Below, piece by piece: positions 46,039-55,713 of a DNA stretch of 64,000 nt (the stretch's first letter is position 1; each line of letters starts with the position of its first letter). Under the pieces are notes generated by a model that was not told the DNA's origin, ran no database searches, and saw only the letters and a list, made by a program, of their open reading frames with translations. The DNA lies in assembly GCA_964501435.1 (NCBI GenBank), contig CAZCTH010000009.1:9747-73746 (forward strand), in the 5' to 3' direction. Source of the DNA: an uncultured Spirochaetales bacterium (GTDB taxonomy: Bacteria; Myxococcota_A; UBA9160; UBA6930). The position numbers and the translations under genes were made by a program.

Positions 46039-46359
46039 TCAGCCGGCGCGCGGCGCGCGGGCGTTCGCCCAATCCAGGAAAATCTCGAGGATGCGCGCGA
46101 GCTGGGATTCGTCTCCGGCTCCCACCCAGGTTTCGTCCTCGATCGAGCAGCTGAGCCAACGCATCCCCGCGAGCTCGTCCGGCGCCTCTTCGATCGGCTC
46201 GAAGGGTCGGCCCGCGAGCGGCGTCTGCGCGATGTCGATCAGCACGATCCAGCCCGGGTCTGCCGTCGATTGGATCGTGACCAGCTCCTCGGGGTCGGGC
46301 GCATCCGCCGCGGCCTCGGCGAGCCAGCGCTGGAGGCGCGGGAGTTGGTCCATCGGCAT
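46039..46359 (-). CDS. Hypothetical protein (106 aa)
   Basis: Acidic small ORF with high GC3, packed tightly between two same-strand genes. No motif recognised. Confidence 0.55.
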   Translation of the reverse strand: MPMDQLPRLQRWLAEAAADAPDPEELVTIQSTADPGWIVLIDIAQTPLAGRPFEPIEEAPDELAGMRWLSCSIEDETWVGAGDESQLARILEIFLDWANARAPRAG

Positions 46360-46369
46360 GGTCTTCGCC

Positions 46370-47224
46370 TCAGCGCGTCTGCGCGTTCTCGTGCGTGAGC
46401 GGGACGCGTCCGTCGAGCGTTCGCACGCCGCGGCCGAGCGATCGAAGGAGATCGAGGCTGTACGTCACGCGCCCCGTGAAGGCGGCGTCGCAGCTCGCGA
46501 GGGCGAGCGCGGCCTCCGCCATGGCCTCGACCGGCTCGATCATGTCGGGCTGGATCCACTTGTCCGCGCCGGTCAGGCGTACGGCTGCGGTGATCACCGC
46601 CGCCTTCGGCGCGAGCGTGTTCACCGCGACGCCCGCGCTCGCGAGCTCGGCCGCGATCCCGACCGTGATTCGGTTCAGCGCCGCCTTGCTCGCGGCATAC
46701 AGGTGCGCGCCGCCCGCGCGCTCGAACTCGTTGTACGGCGCTTTCGGGAGCTCGGCGGTCGCCGACGAGATGTTCACGATCCAGCCGCTTCGCTTCGCGC
46801 GCATCTCGGGGGCGACGAGCTGCGCGAGGTGCAGCGCCGCCTCGACGTTCGCCCCGAACGTGAGCGCGAAGTGCTTCGGCGTCAGCTTCTCGAACGGGCG
46901 ATAGGGCCCGGCGGCCGCGTTGTTGACGAGCACGTCGACGGGGCCGAGCTGCGCACGGCACGCCGCGATCATCGCTGCCCGGGAGGCGGCGTCGCTCACG
47001 TCGCCCTGGATCGCGACCGCAACGCCGCCGGCGCTGCCGATGCGCGCGACCGTGTCGCGAAGCGTGCCCGGCTCCGCGCCGCCTGGCGCGTCGAGGCTGC
47101 GCGCGACGCACGCGACCCGCGCGCCCGCCGAGGCGAGGCGCTCCGCGATCGCGGCGCCGATGCCGCGGCTCGCGCCGGTGACGAGCGCGACGCGCCCGGC
47201 GAGCTCGCTCGATGCAGTGGCCAC
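46370..47224 (-). CDS. SDR family oxidoreductase
   Basis: GTG 47224 with GGGAGGA upstream. TGASRGIG, NNAA and YAASK motifs. Confidence 0.85.
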   Translation of the reverse strand: MATASSELAGRVALVTGASRGIGAAIAERLASAGARVACVARSLDAPGGAEPGTLRDTVARIGSAGGVAVAIQGDVSDAASRAAMIAACRAQLGPVDVLVNNAAAGPYRPFEKLTPKHFALTFGANVEAALHLAQLVAPEMRAKRSGWIVNISSATAELPKAPYNEFERAGGAHLYAASKAALNRITVGIAAELASAGVAVNTLAPKAAVITAAVRLTGADKWIQPDMIEPVEAMAEAALALASCDAAFTGRVTYSLDLLRSLGRGVRTLDGRVPLTHENAQTR

Positions 47225-47309
47225 GCGGGTCCTCCCGGAGGGCGAGCACGGTAGTGCGGATCGGCGCGCGCGCGATCCGGTAGCGTGCGCGCACCGCACA
47301 GGAGACGCG

Positions 47310-47693
47310 ATGCCCGTTGCGATCGTGAGCACGCCCGGCGCCCCGGCGCCGATCGGCCCCTACTCGCAGGCCGTGCGTGCCGGCGACACCGTCTACGTGT
47401 CGGGCGTGATCGGCCTCGACCCGTCGAGCGGAGAGCTGGTGGCGGGCGGCGTGGCGGCACAGGCCGCGCGCGTGTTCGCGAGCCTCGCCGAGATCGCCCG
47501 CGCCGCGGGCGGCTCGCTCGCGAATGCCGTGAAGGTCACGATCTATCTCACTGATCTCGCGAGCTTTCCGCTCGTGAACGAGCACATGGGCCGCGCCTTC
47601 CGCGAGCCGTTTCCGGCGCGCGCCACCGTGGGCGTGAAGGCGCTGCCGCGCGGCGCGGAGGTCGAGGTCGACGCCGTGCTCTGGCTCGGGTGA
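47310..47693 (+). CDS. RidA (YjgF/YER057c/UK114) family protein
   Basis: AGGAG RBS. ..APAPIGPYSQAVRAGDTVYVSGVIGLDP.. ..VKVTIYLTDL.. ..PARATVGVKALPRGAEVEVDAV... Confidence 0.9.
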   Translation: MPVAIVSTPGAPAPIGPYSQAVRAGDTVYVSGVIGLDPSSGELVAGGVAAQAARVFASLAEIARAAGGSLANAVKVTIYLTDLASFPLVNEHMGRAFREPFPARATVGVKALPRGAEVEVDAVLWLG

Positions 47694-47707
47694 ATCGCGC
47701 GCGGGCG

Positions 47708-48277
47708 CTAGCCGCGCTTCTTCCGTCTCGCCGCAGGCCTGGCGACGCTGCGCGTCGCGGCGCGCTCTGCCTTGGCCGCATTCCAGCGTGCGACGCTCGC
47801 GGCGGGCCACACCTTCGCCGCGTCGTAGTGACCGCGGTGGCTCGGCGTCGCGGGGTCGAGCGCGAGCCAGGGCTGCTTCGAGCGCACGAAGATGTGCGCG
47901 CGCGGCGGATGGGCGGCCGGCGCATCGAGCGTGCCCACGCGCACGTAACGCGTGATCGCAGCGCGCGAGCCGTGCTCGTTCCAGAGCGCGGTGCGGCACG
48001 CCGGGCAACGCGCGACCCAGTGCCGGTTGCCGCTGTCGGTGGGCACCTGCACGAGCTCGGGCTCGCCGGCGAGCAGCGACATCGCGCTGTACTCCACGAG
48101 CGCGTGGTGCGCGAAGGGGCTGCCGGTTTCGCGTTGGCAGCGCGTGCAGTGGCAGCAGTGCACGAAGAGCGGCTCGCGCGCGATCCGGTAGCGCAGCGCG
48201 CCGCAGGCGCAGCCGCCGTCCCAAGGCGGTCCGCTCGCCCCCGCGGCGCTCGGCGGCGCGCGTCGCCGCGCCGTCAT
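47708..48277 (-). CDS. GFA (glutathione-dependent formaldehyde-activating / CENP-V-like) family protein
   Basis: Cys-rich Zn motifs GGCACGALRY, ..VHCCHCTRCQRETG.. and ..ARCPACRT... The start overlaps the upstream stop (ATGA). Basic C-terminal tail. Confidence 0.8.
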   Translation of the reverse strand: MTARRRAPPSAAGASGPPWDGGCACGALRYRIAREPLFVHCCHCTRCQRETGSPFAHHALVEYSAMSLLAGEPELVQVPTDSGNRHWVARCPACRTALWNEHGSRAAITRYVRVGTLDAPAAHPPRAHIFVRSKQPWLALDPATPSHRGHYDAAKVWPAASVARWNAAKAERAATRSVARPAARRKKRG

Positions 48278-48738
48278 CCGCGCGCCTTCGTGCCGCGCTG
48301 CACGGCCAGCGTCATGACGTGCTTGTTGCCCCGGCTCCAGAGCACGGTGAGCTTCACCGCGCACAGCTTCCAGCCGGCCGCGGTCTTCACCAACTGGTCC
48401 GTGTAGTACCCGCCGATCGTGAACTCGGCGTCGCCCTCGCGATTCGCGAGGAAGTGCGCCGCCTGCATGTACATCACGCAGGTCGCGCGCTCGCCGGCGA
48501 TCGAGACGCGCGGGTTCGACATCGAATGCTGCGTCGCCTCGAGCCCGTGGAAGAGGGGCTGCATCCCCGCCACCCAATCGTCGGCGCGCATGCGCCGCGG
48601 CGGGTTGCCGTCCCACGACGAGAAGTCGACTTCCACCTCGTCGGTGAAGATCGACCGATACAGGGCCCAGTCGCGCGTATCGATCCCCGTCGCATACGCA
48701 TACACGGTCTCCGCCACGTCGATCCGCTCGTCCCGCAT
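48274..48738 (-). CDS. NTF2-like / SnoaL-like domain protein
   Basis: ATG 48738 (MRDERIDVAETVYAYATGIDTRDW..) with GGAGG upstream. Confidence 0.7.
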   Translation of the reverse strand: MRDERIDVAETVYAYATGIDTRDWALYRSIFTDEVEVDFSSWDGNPPRRMRADDWVAGMQPLFHGLEATQHSMSNPRVSIAGERATCVMYMQAAHFLANREGDAEFTIGGYYTDQLVKTAAGWKLCAVKLTVLWSRGNKHVMTLAVQRGTKARG

Positions 48739-48893
48739 GCCCGGCCTCCGCTCCTCGGGTGGTGACCCCACTGTGCCGCGCTTCCTTCGCTTCGCGCGAG
48801 CGCCGCGGCGAGCGCTCGGTCCGCGCAGCCGAAAAGTCCGGGCGCAGCGGGGCCCCCTCCGCCCACGCCATGCCCCGCGGTACCGTGCGGCCC

Positions 48894-49652
48894 ATGGGCA
48901 AACTGACGGGCAAGACGGTCGTGGTCACCGGCGGCAATTCGGGCATCGGCTTCGGGATGGCCGAGGGCTGCGCGAAAGAGGGCGCCGACATCGCGGTGTG
49001 GAGCCGCCGCGCGGATCGCAACGCCGAGGCGTGCGAGAAGCTCGCGAAGCACGGCGTGCGGGCGGTCGGCATCGTGTGCGACGTCGGCGAAGAGGCGAGC
49101 ATCGTCGCCGCCGCGCAGGACACGCTCGCGGCGCTCGGTCGCATCGACGCGTGCGTCGCCTCCGCGGGAGCGCCCGGCTATTCGAAGGGGCTGCTCGAGA
49201 CTTCGGCCGACGACTGGCGCGCCGTCACGCGCGTCAGCTTCGACGGCCTCTTCCTCACCTTTCGCGAGTGCGCGCGCGCGATGATCGCGCGCGGCGAGGG
49301 CGGGGCGCTGGTGGCCGTGTCCTCGACCTCGGCGATCCACGGCGCCCAGCGCAACCACGCCTACGCCGCGTCGAAGACGGGCGTGCTCGGCCTGACGCGC
49401 GCGCTCGCCGTCGAGCTCGCGCGCCACAAGATCCGCGTGAACGCGATCCTCCCGGGCTGGACCATCACCGAGATGGCGATGGGCGGATACACGAACGAGA
49501 AGTTCCGCACCGTCACCACCGGCCGCACGCCGGTGCGCCGCTGGGCGGATCCAAGCGAGTTCGAGGCGGTGGGCGCCTACCTGTGCGACCCGAGCCTCAC
49601 GTTCCACACCGGCGACTCGCTCACCGTCGACGGCGGCTACACGATCTTCTGA
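48894..49652 (+). CDS. SDR family oxidoreductase
   Basis: ATG 48894. TGGNSGIG and YAASK motifs. Confidence 0.85.
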   Translation: MGKLTGKTVVVTGGNSGIGFGMAEGCAKEGADIAVWSRRADRNAEACEKLAKHGVRAVGIVCDVGEEASIVAAAQDTLAALGRIDACVASAGAPGYSKGLLETSADDWRAVTRVSFDGLFLTFRECARAMIARGEGGALVAVSSTSAIHGAQRNHAYAASKTGVLGLTRALAVELARHKIRVNAILPGWTITEMAMGGYTNEKFRTVTTGRTPVRRWADPSEFEAVGAYLCDPSLTFHTGDSLTVDGGYTIF

Positions 49653-49654
49653 GC

Positions 49655-49693
49655 AACTTCCCGAATCGGGGTCAGACCCCGATTCGGGAAGTT
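49655..49693. repeat. Perfect 39-nt palindrome AACTTCCCGAATCGGGGTC-A-GACCCCGATTCGGGAAGTT
   Basis: 19 of 19 complementary arm positions checked. It lies 3 nt after the SDR stop and 34 nt before the LLM start. It shares the core CCCGAAT(N)GGGGTCAGACCCC with 55643-55673. Confidence 0.85.
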
Positions 49694-49726
49694 TGGCGGC
49701 GACGGCATCGGACGAGGGAGGCTTCC

Positions 49727-50923
49727 ATGAAGTTCGGGATCTTTTACGAGCACCAGCTTCCGCGCCCGTGGCACGAGCGCTCGGAGTACGAGCTGCTCAA
49801 CAACTCGCTCGCGCAGGTCGAGCTCGCCGACCGGCTCGGGTACGACTACGCGTGGGAGGTGGAGCACCACTTCCTCGAGGAGTACTCGCACTCCTCGGCG
49901 CCGGAGGTGTTCCTCGCCGCGGCGAGCCAGCGCACGAAGCAGATTCGCCTCGCGCACGGGATCATCCAGCTCACCACGAACCACCCGGCGCGGGTCGCCG
50001 AGCGCGTGAGCACCCTCGACCTGCTGTCCCACGGGCGCGTCGAGCTCGGCATCGGCGAGGGCTCGAGCATCACCGAGCTCCACCCGTTCGACCGCCGCTT
50101 TCGCGACAAGCGCCTCGTGTGGGAGGACGCCGTCCGCGCGCTGATCCCCATGTTCGGGGACCGCGCGGTCGAGTACCACGGCCCGTACTTCGACTTCCCG
50201 CTGCGCAACGTGCTGCCGAAGCCGTATCAGAAGCCGCACCCGCCGCTGTGGGTCGCGTGCTCGCAGCTCGACACGATCGCGATGGCGGGCAAGCGCGGCA
50301 TGGGCGCGCTCGGCTTCCAGTTCGTGTCGGCCGAGGCCGCGCACGCCTGGGTGGCGACCTACTACAACGAGCTCGTGAAGCGGCAGGAGAAGCTCGCCGA
50401 CTACGCGACGAACCCGAACATCGCGCTCGTCAGCGGCTTCATGTGCGCCCCCACCGACGAGGCGGCGATGCGCATGGCCGACGGCTGGACGTTCTTCCAG
50501 TTCGCGCTGCGCTTCTACAGCACCCACGGACCGGTGGAGCCCGGCACGGTGGTGCTGTGGGACGAGTACCAGGCCTGGAAGGAGACGCCGGCCGGGCAGA
50601 AGGCGCGCGCCTCCGGGCTGGTGGGCTCACCCGAGACGCTGCGCCGGAAGCTGCGGCGCTTCGAGGAGTCGAACATCGACCAGGTGATCCTCCTCAACCA
50701 AGCGGGCAACAACACCCACGACGACATCTGCTCGAGCCTCGAGCTGTTCGCGCGCGAGGTGATGCCCGAGTTCCACGACAAGGAGCCGGCCCATCAGGCG
50801 TGGAAGCGGAAGGTCCTGGGCCGCGAGATCGAGCTGCAGGAGGTGGACGTCGCCGCCTACCTGGCGCCGAACATGGCGCGTCCGACGCTCGCGCCCGAGA
50901 CGGACGCGTCGCGCCGGCCCTGA
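49727..50923 (+). CDS. LLM-class flavin-dependent oxidoreductase (luciferase-like monooxygenase)
   Basis: GAGGGAGG RBS. MKFGIFYEHQLPRPW.., ..AWEVEHHFLEEYSHSSAPEVFL.., ..GRVELGIGEG... Confidence 0.85.
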   Translation: MKFGIFYEHQLPRPWHERSEYELLNNSLAQVELADRLGYDYAWEVEHHFLEEYSHSSAPEVFLAAASQRTKQIRLAHGIIQLTTNHPARVAERVSTLDLLSHGRVELGIGEGSSITELHPFDRRFRDKRLVWEDAVRALIPMFGDRAVEYHGPYFDFPLRNVLPKPYQKPHPPLWVACSQLDTIAMAGKRGMGALGFQFVSAEAAHAWVATYYNELVKRQEKLADYATNPNIALVSGFMCAPTDEAAMRMADGWTFFQFALRFYSTHGPVEPGTVVLWDEYQAWKETPAGQKARASGLVGSPETLRRKLRRFEESNIDQVILLNQAGNNTHDDICSSLELFAREVMPEFHDKEPAHQAWKRKVLGREIELQEVDVAAYLAPNMARPTLAPETDASRRP

Positions 50924-51017
50924 GCTCGAAATGGCCGAAAGACGGCCAAACCCGCATCTGGCCGAAAATGCATCGCAAACGAAAAGCGCTGCGTCGGCGA
51001 AGTAGATTGCCTCCGCC

Positions 51018-53027
51018 ATGCTGCGATTCCTCGAGTGGTTCCTTCCGGAACCCGTGCGCCCAACCGACCGGGACGAGACCCGCCGCGCGCTCCTGACGAT
51101 CGCGGGCTGCTGGATCTCTTCGTCGCTGGCCGCGTCGATCGGCGCGATGCAGTTGGCTTGGGGTATTCCGCAGTCTGCCGCCGCGAGCTTCGCGTGTGCC
51201 GCGGCGGTGGCGGCGATTCCGTTCGCTGTGCGTGCGACCGGGCGTTGGCGCGCCGCGGCCTTCGCGCTCGCCGGGGGCATCTGGTGCGCCTCCTTCGCCG
51301 TCGCGGCCGCGACCGGCGGCGCGATGGCGCCTCCGCTCTACTACCTCGTGTTCGCGGCCGCGATCGCCGCGGTAACCGTCGGCTTTCGCGCCGGCATCGG
51401 AATCTCGCTGGCGTCGGTCCTCGTGATCGGCGTCCTCTACGCCCTGCGCCACGCCGGCTTCACCTTCCCGGTCGCCGTGGACGCGGAGCTCGCCCTGCGC
51501 TCGACGATGCGCGGCGCGCTGCTCTTCAACCTGGCGCTCGCGGCGCTGGTGGGCGCGTACGAGGTGCTGCGCAGCGCGGCCCTTCGCGACAGTGCGGAGA
51601 ACGAGCGGCGCTACCGCGCGCTCGCCGACTACGGCCCCGATCTGATCGCCGAGTTCGACGCAGAGGGGCACCTCGTCCACAGCAGCGCCGGCGGCGGTGC
51701 GCTCGCCCGGGGGCTCGCGGACCGCAGCGCCCTCGATGCGATCCATCGCGAGGATCTGCCGTTGCTGCGCGATGCGATCCGGCAGCTCGAGCAGCAGCCC
51801 TCCGTGCGCGTCGGCCCCCTGCGTTGGCTCACGAGCCCGACGGAATGGATCACCTTCGAAGCGTCGATGACCCGCTTCGTGGTGGGCAAGCAGTTCCGCG
51901 TGCTGGTCGTCGCGCGCGACGTGTCGGCGCGCGTGGCGCTCGACGCGCACCTGCGTCAATCGCAGAAGATGCAGGCGGTGGGACAGCTCGCGAGCGGCCT
52001 CGCCCACGACTTCAACAACGTCTTGATGGTGATCTCGGGCTACGCCGAGCTGCTCGAGAGTCGCACGAAGAACGACCCCGACGCGCACGCGGCACTCGAG
52101 GAGGTGCAGCGCGCCACCGACCAAGGCGCAGCGCTGACGCGCCAACTGATCGCGCTCTCGCGCCCGCAGCCGGGCGAGCGCCGCGCCGTCGACTTGAACG
52201 CGCTCGTGCGGAACAACGAGCGCATGCTGCGCGTGCTGATCGGCGAGGCGGCGAAGCTGATGCTCGAGCTCGCACCGGGCGAGCTGCCCGTGCAGGCGGA
52301 GCCGGGCGAGCTCGAGCAAGTGCTCGTGAACCTCGCCGCCAACGCGCGCGACGCGCTCGCGGCGAGTGGCGGCGTGCTGCGCATCGCGACGCTCACGCGC
52401 GGCCCGCGCGCCGTGCTGGTCGTGCACGACAACGGCGCAGGTATCGACGCCGCGACTCGCGAGCGCATGTTCGAGCCGTTCTTCAGCACCAAGAAGCCAG
52501 GCAACGGCACCGGGCTCGGGCTCTACGTCGTCTACACGATCGTGAGCGGCCTCGGCGGCGAGATCGACGTCGTGAGCGAGCCCGGCAAGGGCACGCGCAT
52601 CAGCATCGAGCTGCCGCTTGCGAGCTCGAGCGAGGCGGTCGCGGCTCGGGCTCGGCGCGTGCCGCGGGCGGAAGGCGGCAGCGAGCGCATCCTCGTGGTC
52701 GAGGACCGCGCGGAGTTGCGCGCGCTCGTGCGCGAGGCCCTGGTCGACGCCGGCTACCACGTGAGCGTCGCGGCCGACGGCGTCGAGGCGCTCGCGCTCG
52801 CGGCGGGCGATCGCATCGACCTGGTCGTGAGCGACGTCGTGATGCCGCGAATGGGCGGCCGCGCGCTGATCGAGGCGCTGCGCGAGAAGCGCCCGGAGCT
52901 GCGGGCGCTGTTCGTGTCGGGCTACCCGGCCGATCTCGCGAGCTTCGGGGACGGGGACCGCCTGCTGCGAAAGCCGTTTCGCGCCGAGGATCTGCGCCGG
53001 GCGGTGCGCGAGGCCCTCGACGCCTAG
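51018..53027 (+). CDS. Hybrid sensor histidine kinase / response regulator
   Basis: The N-terminal part has multiple TM helices and is followed by a PAS-like region. The H-box is ..LASGLAHDFNNVLMVISGYAELL... The HATPase domain has N/G boxes (..NLAANARDA.., ..DNGAGID.., ..GNGTGLGL..). The C-terminal receiver is ..ILVVEDRAEL..DLVVSDVVMPRMGG... Confidence 0.85.
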   Translation: MLRFLEWFLPEPVRPTDRDETRRALLTIAGCWISSSLAASIGAMQLAWGIPQSAAASFACAAAVAAIPFAVRATGRWRAAAFALAGGIWCASFAVAAATGGAMAPPLYYLVFAAAIAAVTVGFRAGIGISLASVLVIGVLYALRHAGFTFPVAVDAELALRSTMRGALLFNLALAALVGAYEVLRSAALRDSAENERRYRALADYGPDLIAEFDAEGHLVHSSAGGGALARGLADRSALDAIHREDLPLLRDAIRQLEQQPSVRVGPLRWLTSPTEWITFEASMTRFVVGKQFRVLVVARDVSARVALDAHLRQSQKMQAVGQLASGLAHDFNNVLMVISGYAELLESRTKNDPDAHAALEEVQRATDQGAALTRQLIALSRPQPGERRAVDLNALVRNNERMLRVLIGEAAKLMLELAPGELPVQAEPGELEQVLVNLAANARDALAASGGVLRIATLTRGPRAVLVVHDNGAGIDAATRERMFEPFFSTKKPGNGTGLGLYVVYTIVSGLGGEIDVVSEPGKGTRISIELPLASSSEAVAARARRVPRAEGGSERILVVEDRAELRALVREALVDAGYHVSVAADGVEALALAAGDRIDLVVSDVVMPRMGGRALIEALREKRPELRALFVSGYPADLASFGDGDRLLRKPFRAEDLRRAVREALDA

Positions 53028-53117
53028 GCCGAGCGCCGCCGGGAAATCTGGGCCCGGGCCCGGCGCGAAGCCGGCCAAGGCTGCCTAGAATGCGCGCCCT
53101 CGCCGAAGGAGACCGAC

Positions 53118-54341
53118 ATGGCCGATCTGCGTGAGATGGACGAAGCCGAGCTGCGCGGGCGAGTCCGCAAGCTGCTCGCGGAGGTGCATCCCGAGCGCAC
53201 GGATTCGATCACGTTCCGCCGCAAGCAGTACGAGCACGGGCTCGCCTGGGTGCACTTTCCCGAGGGCTTCGGAGGCCTCGGCATCAGCCCGAAGCAGCAG
53301 CTCGTGGTGCTGGACGAGATCCAGAAGCACTCGAAGGTCGTCCACCACGACCCGCCGGCGTCGACCATCGGCATCGGCATGGGCGCGCCGACCGTGCTCA
53401 CCTACGCGAGCACCGAGCAGAAGCAGTACCACCTGCCGCGCATCTTCTCGGGGGAGGACATCTGGTGCCAGATGTTCAGCGAGCCGAGCGCGGGCTCCGA
53501 CGTCGCGGGACTGTCGTCGCGCGCGGTGCGCGACGGCGACCACTGGGTGGTGAACGGGCAGAAGGTGTGGACCTCGGTCGCGCACCTCTCGAGCTGGGGC
53601 ATGCTCGTCGTGCGCACGAACCCGGACGTGCCGAAACACGACGGCCTCTCGTACTTCATCCTCGACATGAAGACTCCCGGCGTGACCGTGCGCCCGCTCT
53701 ACCAGATCACGGGCGAGGCCGAGTTCAACGAGGTCTTCTTCGACAACGCCCGCATTCCCCACGCGAACATGCTCGGCAAGGAAGGCCAGGGCTGGCGCGT
53801 CGCGATCACGACGCTGATGAACGAGCGCGTCGCGATCGGCGGCGGCGGGGCGAAGCGCAAGGGGGCGGGCAGCGCGCAGCTCGTGAAGCTGTGGAAGGAC
53901 CGCACGCCGGGCGCGCTCTCGCCGGCGCAGGAAGCGCTGATGCGCGACCGCGTGACCCGCTCGTGGATGGACAACGAGCTGCTGCGCATCACGTCGCAGC
54001 GCGCGCGCGCGGCGCAGAAGTCGGGCAACCCCGGCCCCGAGGGCTCGGTGATGAAGCTCGCGCAGGCCGACATCAACAAGCACATGTGGGAGCTCGCGAT
54101 CGACGTGCTCGGGCAGAACGGCCTGTCGTTCGAAGCGGGCTACGAGCTGCGCCAGAGCGGCTTCGAGGCGCGCTCGCTCGAGGCGGCTGCCAAGTATCAG
54201 TTCCTGCGCTCGCGCGCGAACTCGATCGAGGGTGGCACCTCCGAGATCATGAAGAACATCCTCGGCGAGCGCGTGCTCGGGTTGCCCGGCGACCCGCGCG
54301 TCGACAAGGACGTGCCCTGGAAGGACGTGCCGCGCTCGTAG
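53118..54341 (+). CDS. Acyl-CoA dehydrogenase family protein (catalytic-type subunit)
   Basis: AAGGAG RBS. ..CQMFSEPSAGSDVAGL.., ..VNGQKVWTS.. and a C-terminal ..SIEGGTSEIMKNILGERVLGLP.. with Glu at the catalytic-base position. Confidence 0.9.
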   Translation: MADLREMDEAELRGRVRKLLAEVHPERTDSITFRRKQYEHGLAWVHFPEGFGGLGISPKQQLVVLDEIQKHSKVVHHDPPASTIGIGMGAPTVLTYASTEQKQYHLPRIFSGEDIWCQMFSEPSAGSDVAGLSSRAVRDGDHWVVNGQKVWTSVAHLSSWGMLVVRTNPDVPKHDGLSYFILDMKTPGVTVRPLYQITGEAEFNEVFFDNARIPHANMLGKEGQGWRVAITTLMNERVAIGGGGAKRKGAGSAQLVKLWKDRTPGALSPAQEALMRDRVTRSWMDNELLRITSQRARAAQKSGNPGPEGSVMKLAQADINKHMWELAIDVLGQNGLSFEAGYELRQSGFEARSLEAAAKYQFLRSRANSIEGGTSEIMKNILGERVLGLPGDPRVDKDVPWKDVPRS

Positions 54342-54486
54342 CGCGCGGCGCCCGGAGAGTTCGAGAGACCCACGCAACGACCGAACGCAGCTCGGGAAGC
54401 CGCGAGCGACCGAGTGCCGCAGCGCGGCGCAGGCCGCCCGCAGCGAGGCGACCCCGAGCCGAGTTCGCAAAGGACGAGGACCCGAG

Positions 54487-55605
54487 ATGCCTGCCGATTT
54501 CGTTTTCACCGACGAGCACCACGAGCTGCGCAAGACGCTGCGTGCGTTTCTCGAGAAGCGCTCCGACGAGAAGAGCGTTCGCGCCGCGATGGTCACCGAG
54601 CGCGGCTACGACCCCGAGATGTGGAAGCAGCTCGCCGAAGAGCTCGGCCTCGTGGGCCTGATCATTCCCGAGCAGCACGGCGGCGCGGGCTTCGGCGCGG
54701 TCGAGCTGCTGATCGCGATGGAGGAGATGGGCCGCGCACTCACCTGCGCGCCGTTCCTCGGCACCTCCGTGTTCGCGGCGAGCGCGCTGCTCGCGTGCGC
54801 GAACGAGGTGGCGCAGAAGGAGCTGCTGCCGAAGATCGCGTCGGGCGCGTGCATCGCGTCGGTGGCGATCGCGGAGCCGAACGGGCGCTGGGACCTGGCG
54901 GGCGTCACGCTGCGCGCGACGGGTGCGGGTGCGAACGCCACGCTGACCGGGGAGAAGACCCTCGTGCTCGACGGCGTCTCGGCCAACGTGCTGCTCGTGG
55001 CGGCGCGCACCGACGCCGGCCTCGAGCTGCTGCGCGTCGACGCGAACGCCGCGGGCCTGACGCGCAGCGCGATCCCGCCGCTCGATCTGACGCGGAAGCT
55101 CGCGCGCGTGAAGTTCCAGAACACGCCCGCGACGCGCATCTCGAGCGGCGACCAGACCGCGAACCTCGAGCGCGTCGTCGCGCTGGTCTGCGCCGCGCTC
55201 GCCGCCGAGCAGGTGGGCGGCGCGCAGAAGGTGCTCGACATGGGCACCGACTACGCGAAGACGCGCCTCCAGTTCGGCCGGCCCATCGGGAGCTACCAGG
55301 GCATCAAGCACAAGCTCGCCGAGATGCTGGTCTCGGTGGAGATGGCGAAGAGCGCCGCGTACAACGCGCTGTTCGGCTACGCCGCGGGCGAGCCCGACTT
55401 CGTCGAGTCCGCCGCGCTCGCGAAGGCCTACTGCTCGGACGCGTACTTCCGCGCCACCGCCGACAACATCCAGATCCACGGCGGCATGGGCTTCACCTGG
55501 GAGGCCGCGCCGCACCTCTACTTCAAGCGCGCGAAGGCGAGCGAGCTGCTCTTCGGCGACGCCGCCCATCACCGCGAGGCGCTCGCCAAGCACATCGGCC
55601 TGTAG
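54487..55605 (+). CDS. Acyl-CoA dehydrogenase family protein (partner subunit lacking the C-terminal catalytic motif)
   Basis: ACAD fold (..RLQFGRPIGSYQGIKH.., ..IQIHGGMGFTWE..). It ends ..LYFKRAKASELLFGDAAHHREALAKHIGL without an (Y/I)EGG(T)xE motif. Confidence 0.85.
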   Translation: MPADFVFTDEHHELRKTLRAFLEKRSDEKSVRAAMVTERGYDPEMWKQLAEELGLVGLIIPEQHGGAGFGAVELLIAMEEMGRALTCAPFLGTSVFAASALLACANEVAQKELLPKIASGACIASVAIAEPNGRWDLAGVTLRATGAGANATLTGEKTLVLDGVSANVLLVAARTDAGLELLRVDANAAGLTRSAIPPLDLTRKLARVKFQNTPATRISSGDQTANLERVVALVCAALAAEQVGGAQKVLDMGTDYAKTRLQFGRPIGSYQGIKHKLAEMLVSVEMAKSAAYNALFGYAAGEPDFVESAALAKAYCSDAYFRATADNIQIHGGMGFTWEAAPHLYFKRAKASELLFGDAAHHREALAKHIGL

Positions 55606-55642
55606 CCCCGCCCGCACGCAACCGGACGCTTTCGTCGCATCG

Positions 55643-55673
55643 AACCCGAATGGGGTCAGACCCCAGGCGGGTT
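55643..55673. repeat. Imperfect 31-nt palindrome AACCCGAATGGGGTCAGACCCCAGGCGGGTT, related to 49655-49693
   Basis: The outer 6 bp and inner 6 bp of each arm are complementary, with a 3-nt internal mismatch. It lies 38 nt after the ACAD stop and 41 nt before the AKR start. Confidence 0.7.
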
Positions 55674-55713
55674 GCGGCGGTGGCGGATAGGATCGGCGCG
55701 CCGGGAGGGGGCG

